From assembly GCA_027083345.1 (NCBI GenBank), contig JALWOZ010000012.1, positions 4,025 to 68,024 on the forward strand: a DNA stretch of 64,000 nt, read 5' to 3'. The notes beneath the pieces were generated by a model, which was given only the letters and a program-made list of their open reading frames with translations, made no database searches and was not told the DNA's origin. Each line of letters opens with the position of its first letter. The first letter of the stretch is position 1. Shown piece after piece: positions 31,192 through 39,806 of the stretch. Position numbers and translations under genes: made by a program. The DNA is from Candidatus Kaiserbacteria bacterium. GTDB taxonomy: Bacteria > Patescibacteriota > Minisyncoccia > Phycocordibacterales > UBA2100.

Positions 31192-31659
31192 TTATTTTAT
31201 GTCTACAATCTTCTTGAATCTGACTTCTGAAGAAGGCACATCTTCATCAATATCTTTATAAGCTAAAATATAAGTACTCTTATCTTTTAATACCGCAAAC
31301 TCTTTTCCCGCTCCACCCCAATAGCAAGTGTATGCTGTAATTACCCTATCTTCACTTGTATGAGACATACCATCTGTGCACCCTACCAAAATACCATCAT
31401 CACCTTTTAGAAAATCTGTCATGTTATATGTTGTACCATGTATATTAAGAGACAACTCATAAATAGGAGCACCGTAATCTGTATCACGCACCTTTCGAGA
31501 AAGCCAATGAAAATCAGATCGGTTATACGACTTAGTTTGTACTACATCTTTACTTTCTCTTTTTGTAATTGATTCTGACATATCAAAAAAATACCAAACA
31601 CCTCCCATTACGACTCCACCTATAATTACACCCACCAAAATACATAAAAACTTCTTCAT
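31192..31659 (-). CDS. Hypothetical membrane-anchored protein
   Basis: 155-aa ORF, N-terminal TM, C..YWGGAG. Confidence 0.7.
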   Translation of the reverse strand: MKKFLCILVGVIIGGVVMGGVWYFFDMSESITKRESKDVVQTKSYNRSDFHWLSRKVRDTDYGAPIYELSLNIHGTTYNMTDFLKGDDGILVGCTDGMSHTSEDRVITAYTCYWGGAGKEFAVLKDKSTYILAYKDIDEDVPSSEVRFKKIVDIK

Positions 31660-31714
31660 AATATATAATAGTTAAAGAAAAATTAATAAATATTACAAAA
31701 CAAATTATAATATA

Positions 31715-32656
31715 TTATTTAAGCATTCTCCACTTTTTGATCACCACCAAAAGCGGTGAAGCTAAGAATATACTTGAGTATGTTCCAGCTATCACACCTG
31801 CTATGAGTGTTAATGCAAAGTTTTGTGTAACTACCGGGCCTACGAAGTAAAGTGCTAGCAGAACTATAAGAGTAGTGAAGGATGTGTTAACAGAACGAGT
31901 GATTGTCTCGCTAAGCGCCTTGCCCACAGTGTCTCCAAAATCCTCCTCTCTGTTGTGGTCGGCATTATCCTTAAGGTGCTCCCTAACCCGGTCAAACACG
32001 ACAATAGTGTCGTTAACTGAGTAACCAAGTATTGCTAATAGTGCCATTACAAACAATACACCTACCTCAGCCCCGACAAAGTGCCCAAGCAAAGCAAATA
32101 TGCCCACAGGCACAAGCACATCGTGAGCAAGTGCAACAATAGCCACTAAGCCATATATCCAAGAGGACACTCCGTGTGAGTCGCGTATTACAGTGATTAC
32201 ACCTGTTTTAGACGTCTCTGTCCTTACAACAGGAGGCCTGAAGGCAAATGCTATAAACAGCACAATAGCTAGCATCACTAAACCAATGGCCCACAAAGCC
32301 TTGCTCTTAAGCTCTTGCCCAATAGTTGGCCCCACCTCAGAGAAGTTGTTTACAGTTGCTCCTTGCTCACTAATGGTCTTGAGCACCTCTTGCCGTTGTG
32401 TGCTCTCAAGAGTCTTTGTCCTGAGTACAAATCCTCTCTCTCCAGACTGCCTCAGTGAGTACTCTCCAAGGTCATACCCTGAGAGTGCCTCGTCAATAGT
32501 AACCTTAGAACACCCTTGGCAATCAAACTCTACTAATGTACCACCTGTGAAGTCTATACCAAGCTTAAGTCCAAAGAATGCCGTAACACCAATAGACAAA
32601 ACTACTACAATTGTAGTTATTATAAAAAATATTTTTTTATATTTAACTATCTTCAT
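31715..32656 (-). CDS. secF: Protein translocase subunit SecF
   Basis: LGIDFTGG, VGPTIG, GYSVNDTIVVFDRVRE. Confidence 0.97.
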   Translation of the reverse strand: MKIVKYKKIFFIITTIVVVLSIGVTAFFGLKLGIDFTGGTLVEFDCQGCSKVTIDEALSGYDLGEYSLRQSGERGFVLRTKTLESTQRQEVLKTISEQGATVNNFSEVGPTIGQELKSKALWAIGLVMLAIVLFIAFAFRPPVVRTETSKTGVITVIRDSHGVSSWIYGLVAIVALAHDVLVPVGIFALLGHFVGAEVGVLFVMALLAILGYSVNDTIVVFDRVREHLKDNADHNREEDFGDTVGKALSETITRSVNTSFTTLIVLLALYFVGPVVTQNFALTLIAGVIAGTYSSIFLASPLLVVIKKWRMLK

Positions 32657-32658
32657 AC

Positions 32659-34005
32659 TTATGATTTAAATCCATTACTGAATAATTTCTTCACCCAGCC
32701 CTTATTCTCATAGTCTCCGATAGCCAACAAGAATATACGAGTGACTATAATAGCCGTAAACATTGACACAACAACACCAATACCAAATACGAGTGCAAAT
32801 CCTTTAACCAAGCTTGTACCAAACCAAAAGAGTATTATAGCAGTGATGATGCTACTTAAGTTACCATCTCGTATAGAGAGCCACGCACGCTTAAAGGCAG
32901 ATAGCATAGCATTATGCAACCACGTACCTTGCTCTTGTAATTCCTCTTTAAGACGCTCAAATATTAGCACATTTGCGTCCACTGCAAGGCCGATAGATAA
33001 TATAAATCCAGCGATACCAGCTGCTGTGAGTGTAACGGGTAAGAGTTTAAATATTGCAAGCATAATCGCTATATATGTACCAAGTGAAATTGTAGCAATA
33101 ATTCCTGGCACACGATACCAAACAATCAAGAAGAGCGCTACAAAGGCAAGCCCCCAAACTCCAGCAAAAGTCCCTCTCTCAACAGCGTCTGCTCCTAAGC
33201 TAGCTCCAATGGTTTGGGCACTAAGCAAATCTATACTAACTGGTAATGCTCCGTAATTAAGATTGCGCACAAGTTCTCGTGCCTCCACAGGAGTAAAACC
33301 TCCACTGACTGTTGCCTGCCCACCCGGTATCTCCTCTCGTATAACCGGAGTACTTATAGGAGACCCATCTAAAAATATACCCATTACCACCCCGATATTC
33401 TCTTTAGTAAGTTTAGCAAAAAGCTTGCTACCCTCTGAATTAAACTGCAAACTGACTATAGGCTCATTAGCTAGGGCACCTCTACCATTACCAAATTGCA
33501 AAGTTGCTCTCTTTAAATATTTACCTGTCAAGCCAGTACTTTGCCAAGCATTTAATTTTTGTACTTTGCCATCTTTACTCTTAGCCTCAACTGACCTAGC
33601 CAACTTAAACTCTAATACGGGAGTCTTACCTATCATTTTTATAGCCTGCTGAGTATCAGTAATACCAGGTAACTCAACAATAAGCCTATCTTGACCTCCA
33701 CTCTTTTGTGTCTGTACAAGTGGCTCTGCTACACCAAACACATTTACTCTGCGCTCTATAGTATCTCGCAAGGCCTGCATTGAGCTAATACGGTCTGCTT
33801 TTGGTAATGTCTCAGTATTAGCCTTATATAAAAGTAGTGTACCTCCAGATAGGTCTAAGCCAAGCTTAAAAGGATGCGTAGCCGAAGTAGTAGTTGCCTG
33901 TCCGTCAATAGTGGCCACTTGTGGCAATTCACTAGAATATACAAACCAACCAATGCCAAATCCAGCAACAAGTAACATTAGAGCAATAATCCGTGTCTTT
34001 AACAT
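32659..34005 (-). CDS. secD: Protein translocase subunit SecD
   Basis: LGLDLSGG, VELPG, AVDANVLIFER. Confidence 0.97.
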   Translation of the reverse strand: MLKTRIIALMLLVAGFGIGWFVYSSELPQVATIDGQATTTSATHPFKLGLDLSGGTLLLYKANTETLPKADRISSMQALRDTIERRVNVFGVAEPLVQTQKSGGQDRLIVELPGITDTQQAIKMIGKTPVLEFKLARSVEAKSKDGKVQKLNAWQSTGLTGKYLKRATLQFGNGRGALANEPIVSLQFNSEGSKLFAKLTKENIGVVMGIFLDGSPISTPVIREEIPGGQATVSGGFTPVEARELVRNLNYGALPVSIDLLSAQTIGASLGADAVERGTFAGVWGLAFVALFLIVWYRVPGIIATISLGTYIAIMLAIFKLLPVTLTAAGIAGFILSIGLAVDANVLIFERLKEELQEQGTWLHNAMLSAFKRAWLSIRDGNLSSIITAIILFWFGTSLVKGFALVFGIGVVVSMFTAIIVTRIFLLAIGDYENKGWVKKLFSNGFKS

Positions 34006-34056
34006 TGTGAGGTAGTATATAACCAGGCAAAGATAAAAGCAAATTACTTGCAAAAC

Positions 34057-34118
34057 AAAAACCCCTCAGGCACCAAGACTAATCAAAAAGATTAATCAAA
34101 GTGCCCAAGGGGCAAAAG
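34057..34118 (-). terminator. Long imperfect hairpin/terminator after DGR-target-like gene 1
   Basis: CCCCTTGGGCAC...GTGCCTGAGGGG followed by a T run. Confidence 0.65.
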
Positions 34119-34137
34119 CCTAATGATTGGTTAGACT

Positions 34138-34761
34138 TTACTTAAGTTGTGGGTTTATGTTGCACGAGAACGCACAACTCCCGATACTCCAACATTCGCC
34201 ATCAGGAATATACGCACTCACTTCCCATCTTCGCAATACACCTCTCCAGCGTACATTAACAGAGAAGATCTCGTTATGGACTCCACGAACATAGAAGATA
34301 TTCCAGTTGCCATTAGTAACGAAAACCGCAGTTCTTCCGTTTTGTTGTTCATCAATCATATAGGCAAGATACGTACAGAAACTGTAAGTATCTTCAAAGA
34401 CATGGTTATTCGGCATTTCCTCTCGAATCTCTGTGTCATCAGCATCTTTTGTGAGACAATAAATTACAATAGTCGCCGATGGTACAGACCCCTGCAACTC
34501 TATAGCCCGTAGTATCTTATCATTGAAATCATCTGATACATATAACCCATTACGAGTCTTGAAGTACCTATATATATTTGGGTTAAAACTAGCCATCCTG
34601 GTTGGCAGTGTAAACTCACTACTACGTTCAAGAGCGCTTTTGGTTATTGAGACTTTTACCTTTCCGGACAGATAGTCCCTAACTGACTGCTCACCACCAA
34701 GTTTTTTAACCAGCGCGTTGAGCTGGCCTACGGTGGGATTTTTCGAAGCAAAATTTGTTAT
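34138..34761 (-). CDS. Hypothetical protein resembling CPR DGR variable-protein family (start uncertain)
   Basis: GQLNALVKKLGG N-terminus; NGNWNIFYV..SVNVRW..W.V.AY...W..G..FS.N C-terminus; AAGGAG lies 7 nt before an in-frame ATA. Confidence 0.6.
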   Translation of the reverse strand: MTNFASKNPTVGQLNALVKKLGGEQSVRDYLSGKVKVSITKSALERSSEFTLPTRMASFNPNIYRYFKTRNGLYVSDDFNDKILRAIELQGSVPSATIVIYCLTKDADDTEIREEMPNNHVFEDTYSFCTYLAYMIDEQQNGRTAVFVTNGNWNIFYVRGVHNEIFSVNVRWRGVLRRWEVSAYIPDGECWSIGSCAFSCNINPQLK

Positions 34762-34969
34762 AACATTTCTCCTTGGGCTTCTTTGCCAATTTGACACATC
34801 TAAACCGAGGCAGGTACTGCTCCCACAATGGTCACAGCAATAAAACACCAATTAATTATATTGGCATCTCTTTGCCATGACCATTTATTTACAACTTATT
34901 ATAAAGGAACTATGACAATCTATACTACAGATACTAAACTGTGTCCAGTTTTGACTGTTGTCGGCGCCA

Positions 34970-35011
34970 TAAAAAAGTCCCTCAATGCACTTAGTGTACG
35001 TAAGGGACAAA
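34970..35011 (-). terminator. Terminator after DGR-target-like gene 2
   Basis: GTCCCTT..TACAC-TAA-GTGCA..AGGGAC followed by TTTTTT. Confidence 0.65.
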
Positions 35012-35038
35012 GGTTCTAAGGTTCAAAGAACTTAGTTC

Positions 35039-35641
35039 TTAGCGACCAAGTTCCTGTTGCGGTACAACCACACGATGACGATCGCCGGCATCCCAGACAC
35101 CGTCGTTCTCGAAGCGATACGTGCACACCTTGAGCTCATCAGAGTCCACGTAGGCATCCGCTACAAACGGAACATCTTCAACCACCAACAGGAAGAAGGT
35201 ACAGTAACCGCCCTGCCGAAGCTTGTCGCGGTGCTCGCGACAAAAATCGATAATCTGCCCCTGTGTAAGGCACAGATCTTTAATTTTGCCGAGAGAGCCA
35301 AACACTTCGCCAAATGTGGCGTTTTTGTTCAACTCTCGCACCTCAACTGGCGCGGCTTTCGTAGCCACACCAGATGACTTGTCTATGCCCCATTCTTTGA
35401 AATCTGGGTCCAGCCATCCGGTGAAGACATCACCGGCATCTGCAATAGTCTCGGTGCCATCCGTTGCACCGACCATGATCACTTCGTCGCCATAAAGGCG
35501 ACGAAGAATCTTTGGTTGAATCAAATCCTGAATTGCCTCTGAAACCGCATCGGGGTCAAGCAATCCTTCACGCACTCTCCAAAACGCATCTGCTTGTTGC
35601 CGTGCGAATCTGCCCAGCACTTCGTCTGATACTTTTTGCAT
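35039..35641 (-). CDS. Hypothetical protein resembling CPR DGR variable-protein family
   Basis: C-terminal FVADAYVDSDELKVCTYRFENDGVWDAGDRHRVVVPQ with NNC/NNT codons at alternating positions; GC-richer than flanks. Confidence 0.7.
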   Translation of the reverse strand: MQKVSDEVLGRFARQQADAFWRVREGLLDPDAVSEAIQDLIQPKILRRLYGDEVIMVGATDGTETIADAGDVFTGWLDPDFKEWGIDKSSGVATKAAPVEVRELNKNATFGEVFGSLGKIKDLCLTQGQIIDFCREHRDKLRQGGYCTFFLLVVEDVPFVADAYVDSDELKVCTYRFENDGVWDAGDRHRVVVPQQELGR

Positions 35642-35655
35642 CTGACTATCCTCTT

Positions 35656-35797
35656 CAGTTTCGCTGTTGAAATTCTAACTCCGCCAACATGACTTCGCCA
35701 CAGCGTAAGATGTTCCTCACACATGAACACATTACGCTACGGCGAAGTTACTGCAAATTAAGCACTTATTAACCTTATTTGTAAAAGGACGAAACTG
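35656..35797 (-). promoter_or_regulatory. Structured 5' leader RNA
   Basis: Inner hairpin ACUUCGCCGUAGCGUAA/UUACGCUGUGGCGAAGU (G-U pairs on minus strand) inside an outer CAGUUUCG/CGAAACUG stem. Confidence 0.5.
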
Positions 35798-35853
35798 TTA
35801 AGTTAGTAACATAATATTAGCCTGAAGTCAAGTTCCTACTTAACTAAGTTGCT

Positions 35854-36690
35854 TTAATTCTGTTGTCTTTTCCACTCGTACATAGTTAAAGCTGCAGCTA
35901 CTGATACATTTAGTGACTCTACTCCATTTTGCATTGGTATATGCACTAAGAAGTCGCACTTCTCTTTGGCTATTCTGCTAAGACCACTGCCCTCTGCCCC
36001 TACAACCAACACAGTCTTAGCATCAAACTCTTGCTCCCACATACTCTTGCTAACTTTTTGCCCCGAGTAACGCTCGGGACGATTGTCTGAGAACAATCGG
36101 ATATTCTCTCCTGGTTCAGCATCACTCTCGACTAAGTCTACGCCATATGTCCAGAAGCCTAAGCTCTTAAGCTTCTCTAATGTGTTACTTATATTTGCCA
36201 CCTGCACTATGGGCACCTTCGTAACCACCCCAGCTGAGGTCTTAAACACTGTAGCATTCACCGGCGCTTGGCTAGCATTGGCAACAAATACCGCACTGAC
36301 TCCCGCGGCGCCAGCCGAGCGCACTATTGCTCCGAAGTTTTGCGGATCCTCTATCTTATCAAGTACCAGCACCAGCTCCTTACCTCTCTTCTTGGCTTTG
36401 ATCAGAGCAAGCCAATTCTTAAAATCTAGATATTTAAAAGCTGTCAACTTTGCCATCACCCTTTGTGTGCGCACCTCACCCACTAGTGCCTCAGCCTCTT
36501 TCTTGCTTATATACCGCGTTGGAATCTTAGCACGCTTAACGGAATTAATTATCCCTGCAAAATCATGCTTATCCCTCTGAGTAAAGTCTACAAATACTAC
36601 CTCAGAGACATCTTTAGGCTTGCTACTGAGCAACTCTGCAACGGCATTTTTACCATAAACATAAAATCCATTATTCTTATTGCTGTTCAT
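35854..36690 (-). CDS. rlmB: 23S rRNA G2251 2'-O-methyltransferase (TrmH family)
   Basis: LDKIEDPQNFGAIVRS, GAEGSG, ESLNVSVA. Confidence 0.9.
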   Translation of the reverse strand: MNSNKNNGFYVYGKNAVAELLSSKPKDVSEVVFVDFTQRDKHDFAGIINSVKRAKIPTRYISKKEAEALVGEVRTQRVMAKLTAFKYLDFKNWLALIKAKKRGKELVLVLDKIEDPQNFGAIVRSAGAAGVSAVFVANASQAPVNATVFKTSAGVVTKVPIVQVANISNTLEKLKSLGFWTYGVDLVESDAEPGENIRLFSDNRPERYSGQKVSKSMWEQEFDAKTVLVVGAEGSGLSRIAKEKCDFLVHIPMQNGVESLNVSVAAALTMYEWKRQQN

Positions 36691-36728
36691 GATTAGTACA
36701 ATAACATTAGTTATTAGAAAACTCTACA

Positions 36729-37862
36729 CTAAGCTCCTAAAAACTCTTTATCTAACAAATCTGGGTGGACTGCTCTACTATAGCGGTACATAGCCGTAAC
36801 CATTCCGAGTGCTAGTGCCTCTGCCACGAGATGCGAACCACCATAACTCATAAATGGTAGGGTTACTCCAGTAACTGGCAAAATACCAATATTCATTCCT
36901 ACATTAACAAAAAAATTGCTTACAAACACTGTTGCCACACCTATTGTAAACAAAGTCTCAAAATTTGTAACACCTCGCGAAGCAAAAAAGAGTATCCGCC
37001 ATATTATTATGGCAAAAAGTATAAAGAATATTAATGCACCTACAAAACCCCACTCTTCTACAAAAGCGGCAAATATGAAGTCAGTCTCGTATTCGGGTAA
37101 GAATTTTAGCTTACTTTGAGTACCATAACCCAACCCCTTACCAAGTACTCCACCAGAGCCCACAGCAATGGTAGACTGATATGCATTGTAACCTGCACCT
37201 CGCACATCTGCTAAAGGATGTACAAAAGATATAATTCTATCTCTTTGATAATCTTGAAAAACAAATTGCCAAGCACCACCTACCGCAACTGCTCCTAAAA
37301 TAAAGATTACTGCCAGATGCTTCTTAGATATACCAGAAGCAAGGACTACGCCAAACCAAATTAAAGCTATTATCATAGCAGACCCAAAGTCAGGCTGTAA
37401 TAATATTAAAGCAAATATGACAAAAGCATATACTCCCGAAACTATAACATGTCTAATACTAGCTATCTCAACATGTCTGCGAGAGAAATATTTTGCCAAT
37501 ACCAACACCACAGCAAGCTTAGCTAACTCACTAGGTTGCACGGCAAAAGCACCTAAATCTATCCAAGATTGGGCTCCTTGAAAGGCACTACCTATGACAA
37601 ACATAAAAATAAGTAAGATAACTACTCCCAAATATATAGCCGTAACAACTTCACTCCTCCGTAAAAATCTATAATCTATAAAACTAGATATTAAAAAAAC
37701 CAAGGTTGATACGCCTAGCCATATAAGTTGTTTTTGTACAAATATATTAGAATTCAAAGAGCTCATAGCAGATAAGCCAAAGAAGGAAACCAGTAAAACA
37801 CTTATCATTAACGCCGGATCTATTAAGGAGAAAGTATACTTAAAAAAGTTATTAACTCTCAT
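36729..37862 (-). CDS. rodA: SEDS-family peptidoglycan polymerase RodA
   Basis: QPSELAK, LQPDFG, FLPEYETDFIF, LPFMSYGGS. Confidence 0.92.
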   Translation of the reverse strand: MRVNNFFKYTFSLIDPALMISVLLVSFFGLSAMSSLNSNIFVQKQLIWLGVSTLVFLISSFIDYRFLRRSEVVTAIYLGVVILLIFMFVIGSAFQGAQSWIDLGAFAVQPSELAKLAVVLVLAKYFSRRHVEIASIRHVIVSGVYAFVIFALILLQPDFGSAMIIALIWFGVVLASGISKKHLAVIFILGAVAVGGAWQFVFQDYQRDRIISFVHPLADVRGAGYNAYQSTIAVGSGGVLGKGLGYGTQSKLKFLPEYETDFIFAAFVEEWGFVGALIFFILFAIIIWRILFFASRGVTNFETLFTIGVATVFVSNFFVNVGMNIGILPVTGVTLPFMSYGGSHLVAEALALGMVTAMYRYSRAVHPDLLDKEFLGA

Positions 37863-37864
37863 AA

Positions 37865-38641
37865 TTATAAAGAGTCTACTGGTGGTAAGAGTGGTACTAT
37901 ATCTACCCTTGATACAAATGTCCCAAGAGACTTAGGCCAAGTAAAGACTATCTTTCTATCTGAGTCTGGAGGTAAGAGATCTATAACAGTACGAGATGCT
38001 CCTACAGCATTACCTGCCCTATCAAACAGTGTTGCCACAACCACTAAATTATGCAATGAGTAGACTCCTCTATTTTGTATTTTTGCAGATAATCTTGGTA
38101 AACCGTTGGCTATCTTAAACTCTTTCTCTGCTACTGAGACTTCTGCTATTAGGTCTGACTTCATCTTCTCCCATACCGGTCTTTGCGTAAACTCAAAAAT
38201 AGTTCTCTTTGGGACCCTCTTACCTGTTTGTAAATTACCCTCAAATATAGGCACTACCTTGCTAGGAGGTATAAACGTCTCTCCACTACGCTCGGTTATA
38301 ATTATGTTGTCTTCATCATATAACTTAAAGGTATATTTGATATTACGTATACCTCCTCTAGTATTAGGATTTTCTACATAAGCTACAGAACTATACAATC
38401 CGGGCACTACCATAAAAGACCTTGCCCACTTATTTAATAATGGTTTTAAATCTGCTGGGTTTAAATAACGACATGGCCCACCAAGATCAACAGCGGTCTC
38501 ACCTTGATTTTGTATCCCATCAAAACAAGTCAAAGGAGGGTTCAGAAATTTATATATACTAGAAGCAGACAAAGCAAGAATGATCAATATAAATATAGAG
38601 ATATATATAAACCTCATCTTATTTGCCCATCTTTTACTCAT
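37865..38641 (-). CDS. Conserved CPR-type membrane-anchored hypothetical protein
   Basis: TM followed by TCFDGIQNQGETAVDLGGPC motif. Confidence 0.75.
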   Translation of the reverse strand: MSKRWANKMRFIYISIFILIILALSASSIYKFLNPPLTCFDGIQNQGETAVDLGGPCRYLNPADLKPLLNKWARSFMVVPGLYSSVAYVENPNTRGGIRNIKYTFKLYDEDNIIITERSGETFIPPSKVVPIFEGNLQTGKRVPKRTIFEFTQRPVWEKMKSDLIAEVSVAEKEFKIANGLPRLSAKIQNRGVYSLHNLVVVATLFDRAGNAVGASRTVIDLLPPDSDRKIVFTWPKSLGTFVSRVDIVPLLPPVDSL

Positions 38642-38708
38642 GATATTAAAATTGTACCATAATTTTAGCATTAATTAGAATAGATAATATAACCTACTCA
38701 AGCTTTAG

Positions 38709-39788
38709 TTAAAGATGTGTGGGCTTATCTATTAATTTAACATCTATGTTAGTATCATCACCACTAATTTTAAATACATCTTTATCTATCTTCTCCAACT
38801 CTTTCGACGAATTATTATAGTGGTTAACCACAGTGCCTAATTGCGTGCCCAATTTATTATGATACTCATTATATTTATCTAAATGTTTACCAAGTTTACT
38901 CACATTTTTAATAATATCTTGCGCCTTCTCCTCTACCTCTAGGGCCTTGAGTCCTTGCAAAACTGTCTGCAGATATGCTAAGAAGGAGGTCGGGGACACT
39001 ATAATGACTTTATATTCTCGTGCTGACTTTTGTAAAAGGTTCTCATCTCCTCCTATCTTATTAGTCAATAGGTCATAATATATGCCCTCACTTGGTATAA
39101 ACATAAAAGCAAATTCCATTGTCCCATCCTGCGGTTTTATATACTTACTCGTCTCTTTGATACGGAGTTTTAAATCATTAACAAAAGACTTCTCTAAGAC
39201 TAGCCTCTCCTCCCCCTCACTCTCTATCATTCTATTATAATTTTCTAAAGAGAATTTAGAGTCTATAGGTACAACCTTATCTTTAACAAAAACCACTGCA
39301 TCTACTATCTCTCCACTTGGGAATGCGTATTGGATCTTATAACTCTCGGGAGGTAATACATTTTGTAATACAGTTTCAAGATAATACTCCCCAAGTACCC
39401 CACGTTGCTTGGGGTTTTGCAATACTTGACTGAGGTTTTTTAATTGTTCTGAGAAACCTATAACCTGCTTATTAGTCTCACCAAGCTTGGTGAGTCCCTC
39501 AGTAACCTCACGTACAATCCTAGTGCTCTCTCCTAACTGAGCCTTAACAGAGGCATTGATATCTCTAGAGCTCTCTCCCAATTTATAGTCAAAAGTCTTA
39601 CGCATCTCTTGTAATTCCTTCTGCAAAAAGTTAAAACCATCTTGCATACGTTGAGCTTGTATATCTGAATTATTATTATCTTTTAAGTTAAGCCTACTCC
39701 TTTTTAAGATAAAAAATACCAAAAATATATTAAATAGAGCAAAAGAGGATACTAATATCCCTATAACTATATAATCAATCATCTGCAT
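38709..39788 (-). CDS. rmuC: DNA recombination protein RmuC
   Basis: RGVLGE, IDSKF, FMFIPSEG, VSPTS. Confidence 0.92.
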   Translation of the reverse strand: MQMIDYIVIGILVSSFALFNIFLVFFILKRSRLNLKDNNNSDIQAQRMQDGFNFLQKELQEMRKTFDYKLGESSRDINASVKAQLGESTRIVREVTEGLTKLGETNKQVIGFSEQLKNLSQVLQNPKQRGVLGEYYLETVLQNVLPPESYKIQYAFPSGEIVDAVVFVKDKVVPIDSKFSLENYNRMIESEGEERLVLEKSFVNDLKLRIKETSKYIKPQDGTMEFAFMFIPSEGIYYDLLTNKIGGDENLLQKSAREYKVIIVSPTSFLAYLQTVLQGLKALEVEEKAQDIIKNVSKLGKHLDKYNEYHNKLGTQLGTVVNHYNNSSKELEKIDKDVFKISGDDTNIDVKLIDKPTHL

Positions 39789-39806
39789 ATTGACAGTATA
39801 TCATAT

